Assembly: GCA_900543645.1 (NCBI GenBank)
Contig: UQRZ01000002.1
Span: 132,969-196,968, forward strand
DNA from: an uncultured Collinsella sp.
GTDB lineage: Bacteria > Actinomycetota > Coriobacteriia > Coriobacteriales > Coriobacteriaceae
Direction of reading: 5' to 3'
Length of the DNA stretch: 64,000 nt
The notes beneath the pieces were generated by a model, which was not told the DNA's origin, did not search any database, and saw only the letters and a program-made list of their open reading frames with translations. Of the stretch, positions 10,155 through 18,829 are shown piece after piece; position 1 is the first letter of the stretch; every line of letters starts with the position of its first letter. Position numbers and translations under genes: made by a program.

Positions 10155-10883
10155 CTAGAACCTGCCCGGATGCTCGGCGCACAGCTCGTCTCGCATGGCG
10201 TAGACGCGGTTCATGGCCTCGGACTCAAACCATTCCAGGCGCTCCGTGCGCTTAAGCCCGGCCGGTGCGTCGGAAAGCGAGACGGCCTTGCCGGCGCGGA
10301 TCCAGCACTTCTTGGGACGCATGATCTTTTTGCCCGCGGGCGTGATGTCGGACCAGCCGCAGATGGCGAGCGGGTTCACAGGAGCCTTGCCCATCTGAGC
10401 GATGAGCGCAAAACCGCCGTGGACCTCGGGCTTGATCTCGCGCGAGCGGATGCGCGTGCCCTCGGGGAAGATCAGAACGTCCTCGCCGCGCTGCAGCGCA
10501 TGCTGGGCGGCGCGCAGGCACTTCATATCTGCAGTACCACGCTCCACGGGGATGCCGCCTACGCGGCTAAAGGCCCAGCGCACAATCTTGCTCTTGGCGA
10601 ACTCGGACTTAAAGATGGGGCGAATGCGGCGGCCGCCAAAGAACAACGCCGTCTCCACGGCCAAGAGCTCAGCCATCGAGGTGTGGTTGCAGATGACCAC
10701 GCTGCCGCGGCCGTCCTGGCGCTCAAACAGCAGATCGGCATCTTCGACCTTCCAACGCCACATGAGCTTGGAGAAGGCCCAAAGGATGGCCATGACTACG
10801 ACGACGGTGCCGCGAATGAGCGCTGGGAACTCTGCGTAGGGGGCGTTGTAATAGTCCTCGGGCGTCTGCTTAAACAGGCGCAT
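10155..10883 (-). CDS. plsC: 1-acyl-sn-glycerol-3-phosphate acyltransferase (lysophospholipid acyltransferase)
   Basis: NHTSMAE acyltransferase motif and FPEGTR motif. Confidence 0.8.
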   Translation of the reverse strand: MRLFKQTPEDYYNAPYAEFPALIRGTVVVVMAILWAFSKLMWRWKVEDADLLFERQDGRGSVVICNHTSMAELLAVETALFFGGRRIRPIFKSEFAKSKIVRWAFSRVGGIPVERGTADMKCLRAAQHALQRGEDVLIFPEGTRIRSREIKPEVHGGFALIAQMGKAPVNPLAICGWSDITPAGKKIMRPKKCWIRAGKAVSLSDAPAGLKRTERLEWFESEAMNRVYAMRDELCAEHPGRF

Positions 10884-10886
10884 GGG

Positions 10887-11573
10887 CTACCTCCTTTGGT
10901 TGATGAGGTCCTCAATAATGCGGACGACCTCGTCGATGGTATGGGCGGTGGAATCAACGTGCACGGCGTTCTCGGCGGGCACGAGCGGCGCGACCTCGCG
11001 GCTGCTGTCAAGCTTGTCGCGCTGCTTAAGGGCGTCGAGAGTCTCGTCGACCTCGGCCTCGAGCTGCTCGGCAGTAAGCGGCTGGGCGTCGTTTTGGTGA
11101 CGCTGCAGCACGCGGCGGCGGGCGCGCTCGCGCGGGTCGGCGGTCAGGAAGACCTTGACCTGCGCGTTGGGGAACACGACGGTTCCGATGTCGCGACCCT
11201 CGGCCACGATATCGCGGTCCTCAGCGGCTCGGCGCTGGTGAATGAGCATGGCGGCGCGCACGCCCGGGTAGGCCGAGACCTTGGATACGTTGGCGTCGAC
11301 CTGCGGGGTACGAATGGCAGCCGAAGCGTCCTGGCCGTCAATGGTCAGGCGCGTATCCTCGCCGGTGCCGTTGGTAAAGCGAATCTCGATTTGCTTGGCG
11401 AGGGCGTCGATGGCCGTCTCGTCGTCCAAATCGATGCCGCGGTCGAGCGCGGCGAAGGTGACGGCGCGATACATGGCGCCCGTGTCGAGCTTGTTAAAGC
11501 CCAGCTGGCGGGCGATCTCCTTGGCGATGGTGGATTTGCCGGAACCGGCGGGGCCGTCGATGGCGACGATCAT
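10887..11573 (-). CDS. cmk: Cytidylate kinase
   Basis: 228 aa. P-loop IAIDGPAGSGKST and Cmk-typical LDTGAMYR. Confidence 0.9.
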   Translation of the reverse strand: MIVAIDGPAGSGKSTIAKEIARQLGFNKLDTGAMYRAVTFAALDRGIDLDDETAIDALAKQIEIRFTNGTGEDTRLTIDGQDASAAIRTPQVDANVSKVSAYPGVRAAMLIHQRRAAEDRDIVAEGRDIGTVVFPNAQVKVFLTADPRERARRRVLQRHQNDAQPLTAEQLEAEVDETLDALKQRDKLDSSREVAPLVPAENAVHVDSTAHTIDEVVRIIEDLINQRR

Positions 11574-11639
11574 GCAATGCTTCCTTTCGATGGTTGACGT
11601 GCTGGTATGGTTCGTGGGCGCTGGGGCACGGCGGGTTGC

Positions 11640-12605
11640 CTAGCCCGTGTAGCGCTCGCGGTAGGTGTTGCGCTTGGGTGCGGAGCCGTGGCTGCCGTGG
11701 TGACGCGTGCGGCTGGCGGGCGTGTCTTGGGGCTTGCCGCCGTTGCGCTTGGCGCTCGCCTGCTTGGGCGGGATGCCGCCGCTTTTGAGGATCTGCACCT
11801 CGCGGTCGGTGAGCTCGCGCCACGAGCCCTTGGCCACGTCCTTGAGCTCCAGGCCGGCAAAGTTGCAGCGGTGCAGACGAATCACCGGGTGGTGGATCTT
11901 GCTCAGCATGCGCTTGACCTGATTTTTGCGGCCCTCGCGGATAATGACCTCCACGGCTGTGGTGCCGGGCTTCACACCTTGCGGTGCCACGGCCTCGGCC
12001 TCGCGTGCGGTGATGATGCGGCAGATAGCCGGCTGGCACAGGCCGTCGTCGAGCTCGATGCCACGGCGGAGCGGCGTAAGATCGTGGTCGGACAGCTGCC
12101 CGTCCACGAGTGCCTGGTAGGTCTTGTAGACGTGCTTGCTGGGGTGCAGCAGATCCTGCGACAGGTCGCCGTCGGTAGTAAAGAGCAAAAGGCCCGTGGT
12201 GTCGCGGTCCAGGCGGCCCACCGGGAAGAGCCCCGGAAAGCGGTCGCGGGGGACCAGGTCGGCCACGCAAGCACGCTCCTGCGGGTCGCTCATGGTAGTG
12301 AGGTAGCCGGTCGGCTTGTAGAGCATCAAGTACACGGCGCCCTGGTTGAGCTTGACGGGCATGCCGTCGACCTCGATATGGTCGCGGTCGACATCGACCT
12401 TGGTGCCCAGCTCGGTCGCGACCTGGCCGTTGACGGTCACACGGCCAGCGGTCATCAGGTCCTCCGACCCGCGGCGGCTCGCCACGCCCGCGCGCGCCAA
12501 AAAGCGCTGCAGGCGCATGGTGTGCGGATAGACGGGCTGAGCGTCGGTTGCGGGTACTGCGTTGCCCGTGGCGCGCGTCTCCCCTACTTCGTTAGTCCTC
12601 GTCAT
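11640..12605 (-). CDS. rluB: Pseudouridine synthase (RsuA/RluB family) with S4 domain
   Basis: GRLDRDTTGLLLFTTDG catalytic motif. The ATG at 12605 has a perfect GGAGG 6 nt upstream and overlaps the scpB 3' end by 14 nt. The alternative ATG at 12518 lacks an SD. Confidence 0.8.
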   Translation of the reverse strand: MTRTNEVGETRATGNAVPATDAQPVYPHTMRLQRFLARAGVASRRGSEDLMTAGRVTVNGQVATELGTKVDVDRDHIEVDGMPVKLNQGAVYLMLYKPTGYLTTMSDPQERACVADLVPRDRFPGLFPVGRLDRDTTGLLLFTTDGDLSQDLLHPSKHVYKTYQALVDGQLSDHDLTPLRRGIELDDGLCQPAICRIITAREAEAVAPQGVKPGTTAVEVIIREGRKNQVKRMLSKIHHPVIRLHRCNFAGLELKDVAKGSWRELTDREVQILKSGGIPPKQASAKRNGGKPQDTPASRTRHHGSHGSAPKRNTYRERYTG

Positions 12606-13320
12606 GCATAACCTCCGAGGTCTCGTCGACGACCAGGGTTTCCAAGTCCTCGACCACCTCAACATCTTCAACATCGGTATCGAGCAGTTCGCGCTCTTCG
12701 TCCAGGTCCTCGGCCTGCTCCTCGAGCGTGGACTGAATGCTGCGGCCGCTCAGACGCTCGCGGATAAACTGACGCGACTGCTCGTCGGGGGCAAACTGCT
12801 CCAGGTCGGGCAGGTCGCGGGCGGAGCGCAGACCGAACTTTTCCAAGAAGGCGTTGGTCGTGCCGTAGATGATGGCCTGACCGCGCTGGGGGTCGCGGCC
12901 GAGCTCGCGCACCAGACCTTTGTCCACGAGCGACGCGATGACGCCGTCGGAATTGACGCCGCGGATGCCCTTGACCACCTCGCGCGTCACGGGCTGGTGG
13001 TATGCGATGACTGCCAGTGTTTCGAGCGCGGCCTGCGACAGCTTTTGCGTGTCCCAGCTCAGCACGTAGGCCTCGACCACGTCGTGGTAGGCGGGGTGCG
13101 TAAACAGGCGCCAGCCGCCGGCGACCTCACGCAGCTGAAAGCCACGGTTGGCCTCCTCGTACTCAACCTTGAGCTCGGCGAGCAGCGATGCGCACTCGCC
13201 GGGGGCGATATCCAGTGCGCCGGCGAGCGCGGGCGCACTCACCGGGTCGCTCGACACCAGCAGCAGCGCCTCGAGGGCGCCTTTGAGGCTGTTTGCCTCC
13301 AGCGTTGAAAGGGTTGACAT
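12592..13320 (-). CDS. scpB: Segregation and condensation protein B
   Basis: 242 aa. ScpB winged-helix pattern and acidic C-terminal tail. Follows scpA. Confidence 0.85.
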   Translation of the reverse strand: MSTLSTLEANSLKGALEALLLVSSDPVSAPALAGALDIAPGECASLLAELKVEYEEANRGFQLREVAGGWRLFTHPAYHDVVEAYVLSWDTQKLSQAALETLAVIAYHQPVTREVVKGIRGVNSDGVIASLVDKGLVRELGRDPQRGQAIIYGTTNAFLEKFGLRSARDLPDLEQFAPDEQSRQFIRERLSGRSIQSTLEEQAEDLDEERELLDTDVEDVEVVEDLETLVVDETSEVMHDED

Positions 13321-13331
13321 GGTTGCTGCTC

Positions 13332-14144
13332 CTATTCGGTGAGCTCGGGGCCCTCGCCGGGCACGTATGCCTCGGCGCCCTCGACTCGGTTGATGCAGAT
13401 GGTTCCGAAGATCTCGTCCTGGCTCAGCGTGAGCGAACCGCGCTTTGCGAGCTCTAACATGGCCAGGAAGGTGACGACGAGTTGCTCGGTGGTGGCGTCG
13501 CCGTCCAACAGCTCGCGGAAGGTGCAGGTTTGGTGCGCCATGGTAAAGCGGTCGACTGAGGCCACGGTCAGGTCGAGCGGTACGCGATGCGGCGCCACAT
13601 GCTCGGCCTCCAGCAGGAAGGTCTGGCGCTTGCCATCCAGGTCGGCACAGATAACGGCCAGGCCGCGCAGGGTGATGCCAGCCAGATAGTCGGGCATGAG
13701 CCCTAGGAACTCAGGGTCGGGGCCGGCCACACGCGGATGCATACGGCTTTCGGCCTGCATGCGGGCACCGAGGGCCGCAGCCGCGCCTTTAAACTGCTTG
13801 TAGGCAATCAGGCGCTGGATCAGGACCTCGCGCAAGGCGTCGCCGTCGAGCGCGCTGAGTTCCTCGAGGTCTTCGTCGAACTCGTCATCGTCGTCATCGA
13901 CTTTGCGCGGGGCCTCCTGCGGCACCAGAGAGGCGGCCTTGATGTCCAGAAGGGTTGCCGCGACCAGCAGAAAGTCGCTCGCCACGTCCAGGTCCAGCGC
14001 CTCGATGCGCTCCACCTCGGCAAGGTACTGCTCGGCCACCTCGCTGATGGAGATGGCGCCGATATCTACTTTTTGGCGGGTTACCAGCTGCAGCAACAGG
14101 TCGAACGGCCCGCTGTAGACCTGCGTCGACACGCGATACGACAT
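13332..14144 (-). CDS. scpA: Segregation and condensation protein A
   Basis: 270 aa kleisin-like. The scpA-scpB order is conserved. Confidence 0.85.
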   Translation of the reverse strand: MSYRVSTQVYSGPFDLLLQLVTRQKVDIGAISISEVAEQYLAEVERIEALDLDVASDFLLVAATLLDIKAASLVPQEAPRKVDDDDDEFDEDLEELSALDGDALREVLIQRLIAYKQFKGAAAALGARMQAESRMHPRVAGPDPEFLGLMPDYLAGITLRGLAVICADLDGKRQTFLLEAEHVAPHRVPLDLTVASVDRFTMAHQTCTFRELLDGDATTEQLVVTFLAMLELAKRGSLTLSQDEIFGTICINRVEGAEAYVPGEGPELTE

Positions 14145-14228
14145 CTTCGACCTCCTTTGACGGCGCCTTCGCGGCGCGGTTTGGGTGCATGTTGCGACCG
14201 TTTTGCGCGGTCGACCTGTAAGTTTACC

Positions 14229-14912
14229 TTAGATGCCGGCGATTGCGAAGTTGAGCAGCCACTCGGCCAGCGGATACACGGTAACGTCGAAATAGCGGCC
14301 GATCACATCAATGCCAGTCCACATGGGCAGCAGGTACAGCACGATGATGAATATGGGCATGGCGTATTGCTGCAGATGGTAGTAGTTGGTGAGCGCCTTG
14401 CCTTTGAGGAATGGGACGATGATCGACGAGCCATCGAGCGGCGGGATCGGGATGAGGTTAAAGAACGCGAGCGACAGGTTGACCACGATAAACGTGGCAC
14501 CGAAGTTCATGATTTGGGACGCCACGGCAAAGGACATGCTGGCGTAGAGGTTGCCGTACGCTGCGTGCATGAGGGCGGCCGCGAGGCACGCGAGTGCGAT
14601 GTTCGACGCGGGGCCTGCCACGCTCACCAGGACCTCGTCGCGCTTGGGGTGCTTGAGGTTGTTGAGGTAGACGGGCACGGGCTTGGCGAAGGCGAATACC
14701 GGGCCGCCGGCCGCGAGCATCAGCAGCGGCAGGATGATGGTGCCAAACGGGTCGATATGGTTGAGCGGATTGAGCGACACGCGGCCGCGCGAACGCGCCG
14801 TCTTGTCGCCGAGCGCCCAGGCCGCGGCGGCGTGCGCGCTCTCGTGGATGACAATACCCACGATGACGGCAACGGCGCTGGCGAGCAGGTTCATGAGGTA
14901 GCTGCTGGACAT
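14229..14912 (-). CDS. Site-2 protease family (M50) membrane metalloprotease
   Basis: HESAH zinc-binding motif inside a TM helix, with multiple TM segments. Confidence 0.75.
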   Translation of the reverse strand: MSSSYLMNLLASAVAVIVGIVIHESAHAAAAWALGDKTARSRGRVSLNPLNHIDPFGTIILPLLMLAAGGPVFAFAKPVPVYLNNLKHPKRDEVLVSVAGPASNIALACLAAALMHAAYGNLYASMSFAVASQIMNFGATFIVVNLSLAFFNLIPIPPLDGSSIIVPFLKGKALTNYYHLQQYAMPIFIIVLYLLPMWTGIDVIGRYFDVTVYPLAEWLLNFAIAGI

Positions 14913-14921
14913 GGCACTCCC

Positions 14922-15188
14922 CTAGCGGACGCGGCGCGAGGCGCGCGTGAGCAGGTAATCGGCCACAAACAGGATGACGGCCACGATGGCGTAATCCAAG
15001 CGGAACACGCCGCCAAAGGGCGATGTGATGACGCCGTAGCCGGCGATGGCGCTCGGCAGTGCGCGCGAAAGCTCGACGACGAAGCCCACAATCTGCAACT
15101 TGGCGGTGAGGCCGCTAAAGCACAGCAGCACGGTCATCGCGCTCATAAAGATGCCGCAGATGCGACAGGCGATGGCGATGATGCTCAT
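14922..15188 (-). CDS. Small hydrophobic membrane protein (hypothetical)
   Basis: 88 aa from an internal ATG. The long ORF-track N-terminus would overlap the ABC-F gene. Two or three predicted TM helices. Confidence 0.4.
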   Translation of the reverse strand: MSIIAIACRICGIFMSAMTVLLCFSGLTAKLQIVGFVVELSRALPSAIAGYGVITSPFGGVFRLDYAIVAVILFVADYLLTRASRRVR

Positions 15189-15204
15189 CGCCACGGCAGC
15201 GGCC

Positions 15205-17238
15205 TTACGAGAGTTCACGCGCGGTCTCCTCTTCGATCTGGGTGGAAAGCTCCAGCCATTCGTCCTCGAGCTTGGGTAGCTCTTGCTTAAGGCCGTTATA
15301 TTCCCCCAGCGCGGCGTTGAACTTGTCTTGATCGGCATAAAGCTCTTCGCTCGCCATCAATTCCATAAGCTCGTCATAGCGGGCGCGCTTTTTGTCGAGC
15401 TCCGTCTCGATCTTCTTGAGCTGGTTACGCACGCCCTTGAGCTTTTTGTTGAGCGCAGCGCGGGCTTGGGCCTCGGCGCGCTTTTGCTCCTTGGTCTTTT
15501 TGCCCTCGGCAGGCTTGGGGGCGGCGACGGGGGTGTCGGCATGGGCGGCGCTGTCTTTGGTGGACTTGGCCGTGGCCGGCGCGCTCTCCGTGGACGCCTC
15601 GGCGGCGGCGCGGGCCGCGAGGTCCTCACGCTTGTAGAGGTAGTAGTCGTAGTCGCCGTCGTAGACCGTGACTTGTCCGTCGCGGATGTCGATGATGCGG
15701 TTGGCCACGGCGCGCACCAGGTGCTCGTCGTGGCTGATCAGCACGATGGTGCCGGGGAAATTTTGCAGGGCGTTCTCGAGCATGTCCACCGAGTCGATGT
15801 CTAGGTGGTTGGTGGGCTCGTCCAGGCACAGGAGCGCCTCGGGGGCCACGAGCATCTTGGCCAGGGCCAGACGCGCTTTTTCGCCGCCGGAGAGGACGCG
15901 AACCTGCTTCTCGATGGAATCGTTGTCGCTAAACAGGAAGGCGCCCAGTAGGCTGCGCTGCTGTGGCACGGTCCACTTGGGCGTGACGGTGTCGATCTCT
16001 TGCAGGACGGTGTTGGACTCGGTCATGCCCTCGAGCGCGTGCTGGGCGTAATAGGCCACGCCCACGTTGGTGCCCAGGTCGCGGGTGCCGGTGGTGGGCG
16101 GCTCCAGTCCGGCGATGATCTTCATGAGCGTGGACTTGCCGGCCCCGTTGGGGCCGACGAGCGCCACGTGCTCGCCGCGGTAGAGTTTGAGGTCGATGTC
16201 GCTGTAGATGTGCTTGTCGCCGTAGGACTTGGAGACTCCCTCCAAGCCCACGACCATGTCGCCGGAGCGTGGCGGATCGGGGAACTTAAAGTCAATGTGC
16301 TTGTGGCCCTCGGGCAAGATGACGAGCTCCTTTTTGATCTGCTCGATCTTGCGGATGCGCTCCTGAGCCTGGGCGGCCTTGGTGGGCTTGTAGCGGAACT
16401 TGTCGACGAAGACCTGCATGTGGGCGATGTCGCGCTCCTGGGCTGCGCGCTTGGCGCGCATCTGCTCCAGGTTGTCCTCGCGCTGCTTGAGGTAGCTGCT
16501 GTAGTTGCCGGTGTAGGTGGTCACGCGGCGGTTCTCGAGCGCGGCGACGTGGTCGACGCAGGCGTCCATAAAGGTGCGGTCGTGGCTGACGATGAGGACG
16601 GCGCCGTCGTAGTTGGCGATAAAGCCACGCAGCCACTGGACGCTTTCGAGGTCCAGGTGGTTGGTGGGCTCGTCCAGAAGCAGCAGGTCGGGGTGACGCA
16701 GGAAGAGCTTGGCGAGCGCGATGCGCATCTGCCAGCCGCCCGAGAACTCGGAGCATGGGCGCTCAAAGTCAGTGACCTTAAAGCCCAGGCCGGACAGGAT
16801 CTTGCGGGCGTTGCTCTCGAGCTCGTAGCCGCCCAGGTGCTCAAAGCGGTCCTGGACCTGACCGTACTCGTTGAGGAGTGCGTCGACGTCCTTGCCCCGC
16901 TCGGAGAGCTCGGTGATTTGGGCCTGCAGCTCGTTAGCGCGCTCGCCCATGCGGCGGATTTCCTTGGCGGCGGCCATGACCTCGGCGAGGATGGTGGTGT
17001 CCTTTTGTTCCAGATTAGTTTCCTGCTCTAGGTAGCCCACCTGGCAGTCCTTTGCGTACTGGACCTGGCCGGAGTCGGGACTGTCGATGCCCATGATGAT
17101 CTTGAGCATGGTGGTTTTGCCGGCGCCGTTGGGGCCCACGAGCGCGAAGCGCTCGCCGGGGTTGATCTGGAAGGACGCGCCGCTAAAGAGGACGCGTGCG
17201 CCGAAGCTTTTTTCGATCTTGTCGACCAGGAGGATCAT
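15205..17238 (-). CDS. ABC-F family ATPase (two ABC domains, Lys/Glu-rich coiled-coil C-terminal extension)
   Basis: Two Walker A motifs ([18 protein letters not shown]), two LSGG signatures and no TM domain. Confidence 0.85.
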   Translation of the reverse strand: MILLVDKIEKSFGARVLFSGASFQINPGERFALVGPNGAGKTTMLKIIMGIDSPDSGQVQYAKDCQVGYLEQETNLEQKDTTILAEVMAAAKEIRRMGERANELQAQITELSERGKDVDALLNEYGQVQDRFEHLGGYELESNARKILSGLGFKVTDFERPCSEFSGGWQMRIALAKLFLRHPDLLLLDEPTNHLDLESVQWLRGFIANYDGAVLIVSHDRTFMDACVDHVAALENRRVTTYTGNYSSYLKQREDNLEQMRAKRAAQERDIAHMQVFVDKFRYKPTKAAQAQERIRKIEQIKKELVILPEGHKHIDFKFPDPPRSGDMVVGLEGVSKSYGDKHIYSDIDLKLYRGEHVALVGPNGAGKSTLMKIIAGLEPPTTGTRDLGTNVGVAYYAQHALEGMTESNTVLQEIDTVTPKWTVPQQRSLLGAFLFSDNDSIEKQVRVLSGGEKARLALAKMLVAPEALLCLDEPTNHLDIDSVDMLENALQNFPGTIVLISHDEHLVRAVANRIIDIRDGQVTVYDGDYDYYLYKREDLAARAAAEASTESAPATAKSTKDSAAHADTPVAAPKPAEGKKTKEQKRAEAQARAALNKKLKGVRNQLKKIETELDKKRARYDELMELMASEELYADQDKFNAALGEYNGLKQELPKLEDEWLELSTQIEEETARELS

Positions 17239-17267
17239 GGTGCCGCCTTTGACCTTGTGTGCCTATA

Positions 17268-17297
17268 TGAAAAAAGGCCCCAACTTGCGTTGGAGCC
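17268..17297 (-). terminator. Intrinsic terminator after tRNA-Ala copy 1
   Basis: Minus-strand hairpin GGCTCCAAC-GCAA-GTTGGGGCC followed by TTTTTT. Confidence 0.65.
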
Positions 17298-17311
17298 TCA
17301 TTCAATGCTCG

Positions 17312-17386
17312 GGTGGAGACGAGGGGGATCGAACCCCTGACCTCTTGACTGCCAGTCAAGCGCTCTCCCAGCTGAGCTACGCCCCC
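17312..17386 (-). tRNA. tRNA-Ala (anticodon GGC), copy 1
   Basis: GGGGGCGTAGCTCAGCTGGGAGAGCGC... with a G3:U70 pair. Anticodon loop CTGGCAG and T-loop TTCGATC. Confidence 0.9.
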
Positions 17387-17398
17387 GTGCGAAAAAGT

Positions 17399-17427
17399 AC
17401 TATACGGGAACTCGGACGGCGATGCAA
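17399..17427 (-). promoter_or_regulatory. Sigma70-like promoter for tRNA-Ala copy 1 (TTGCAT-17-TATAGT)
   Basis: Minus-strand TTGCAT, a 17-nt spacer and TATAGT, about 12 nt before the tRNA 5' end. Conserved in both cassette copies. Confidence 0.6.
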
Positions 17428-17630
17428 GGACAATTTTGAAAAAAAACTTTCGCGAGTGCCGGCGCGCTCGGGACCGCGCCAACCCGCGGGGCGCCTGGCC
17501 CCCGCACGGCCCGTACGCCGGCCGACTTGGCGCGTGGAACACGACGCACCCCGTTCAACAGGGTTTTCCGTGCGCCTCCAGTCCCATTATCGGGTCCGAT
17601 TGCGAAGCGCCCCTCCCCAGCGCCCCAGAA

Positions 17631-17775
17631 CCATGCCGGTTTACTACGATAAATCAGAAATGTCCGACCATACACGCCTTTTCGTGCAACTGGCGGGCTA
17701 CCTACCTGCGGTTTTGCAAACGGAGAACACACGGTGCTCGGGGGGTCGCCGATTCGTCGTAGTAAACCGGCATGG
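17631..17775. repeat. MITE-like element copy 1: 18-bp perfect terminal inverted repeats (CCATGCCGGTTTACTACG / CGTAGTAAACCGGCATGG)
   Basis: Terminal inverted repeats read directly. Internal CTACCTGCGGTTTT core is shared with copies at 18628-18761 and 50406-50533. Confidence 0.6.
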
Positions 17776-18007
17776 TTTTGAAATGGCATCAGGTTGATTT
17801 CACGCAAAAGTGTGTTGGAGCCCTGAATTAAAGGCCTTAACTTATTTAGATCGCTTCTATTCTGCGACGCGCCTAGATTAGCTGTTGTTTAGCATCGGAC
17901 TTGATCTTGCGTTGTGCGACTTGCTCGTGCATGGTAGTATTTCACAACGTGAAGCGAAGAAATTAGGTCTGAGTTGCCTTTGTTAGAATTGCATTCACCG
18001 TTCATAA

Positions 18008-18083
18008 GGGCTCTTGGCGCAACGGTTAGCGCAGGGGACTCATAATCCCTGGGTTCTGGGTTCGAATCCCGGAGGGCCCACCA
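18008..18083 (+). tRNA. tRNA-Met/Ile2 (anticodon CAT), CCA encoded
   Basis: Cloverleaf with acceptor GGGCTCT/AGGGCCC, anticodon loop CTCATAA and T-loop TTCGAAT. It lacks the three consecutive G-C pairs of initiator tRNA in the anticodon stem, so elongator Met or lysidine-Ile2. Confidence 0.8.
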
Positions 18084-18093
18084 GAATCGTTCG

Positions 18094-18121
18094 AGGCCGG
18101 GCATGCTGCCCGGCCTCTTTA
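18094..18121 (+). terminator. Putative intrinsic terminator after tRNA-Met
   Basis: GAGGCCGGG-CATGCTG-CCCGGCCTC hairpin followed by TTT. Confidence 0.5.
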
Positions 18122-18247
18122 CATTACGGTGATACTAAATTTTTCCCTACATAGACGTGAAACACTTTTAATCATTCCTCTTTGCAATTTAGGATAGATT
18201 TTCGCCAAGCAGCCACTGGGCAAAAGCATATTATTGGCCAATCAAAA

Positions 18248-18277
18248 TGAAAAAAGGCCCCAACTTGCGTTGGAGCC
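18248..18277 (-). terminator. Intrinsic terminator after tRNA-Ala copy 2
   Basis: Identical hairpin plus T-run as copy 1, offset by 980 bp. Confidence 0.65.
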
Positions 18278-18291
18278 TCATTCAATGCTCG

Positions 18292-18366
18292 GGTGGAGAC
18301 GAGGGGGATCGAACCCCTGACCTCTTGACTGCCAGTCAAGCGCTCTCCCAGCTGAGCTACGCCCCC
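18292..18366 (-). tRNA. tRNA-Ala (anticodon GGC), copy 2
   Basis: Identical sequence to copy 1. Sits in a 980-bp-offset direct repeat of the whole cassette. Confidence 0.9.
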
Positions 18367-18378
18367 GTGCGTAGAAGT

Positions 18379-18407
18379 ACTATACGGGAACTCCCCCGCC
18401 GATGCAA
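18379..18407 (-). promoter_or_regulatory. Sigma70-like promoter for tRNA-Ala copy 2 (TTGCAT-17-TATAGT)
   Basis: Same hexamers as copy 1. Confidence 0.6.
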
Positions 18408-18627
18408 GGACAATTTTGGACAATTTTGCGTCGCGTGGAACGGGCGCGGGGCCGAGAGGACCCACGGTACCCGACATAGTCCGCGGGGCTCGGCATGTCG
18501 CCCCAGGTGCCGCCGGCCAGACCAAAGCGATCCGCGGTGCTTCCGGGGACCTGAGCCCTTCCGCACGCCTTCGGACCATTTTCGGAACCGTGCGTAGCTC
18601 GCCCAAGCTGGTCGCTTCATAAACGGA

Positions 18628-18761
18628 CCGGTTTACTACGCCGATTCCCGGATTACTGACCTCACGCCTACTTTTGCAAAACGGGCAGGCGATCTACCTG
18701 CGGTTTTACGAGCGGCGAATTCGGTGTGCTCAACTACTCCCAATCCAACGTAGTAAACCGG
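18628..18761. repeat. MITE-like element copy 2 (terminal inverted repeats CCGGTTTACTACG / CGTAGTAAACCGG)
   Basis: 13-bp perfect terminal inverted repeats. Internal GATCTACCTGCGGTTTT core. Confidence 0.55.
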
Positions 18762-18829
18762 CGTGGTTGTAAAATGGCATTTAATTACTGGCAGCATTTA
18801 AAGTATTAAAAATGCTCAGTTGGGCATTA

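Noticed and set aside
18008-18083. Initiator tRNA-fMet call for the CAT tRNA
   Set aside because: The anticodon stem has G29:C41 and G30:C40 but A31:U39, and lacks the three consecutive G:C pairs characteristic of initiators. It is called elongator Met or Ile2.
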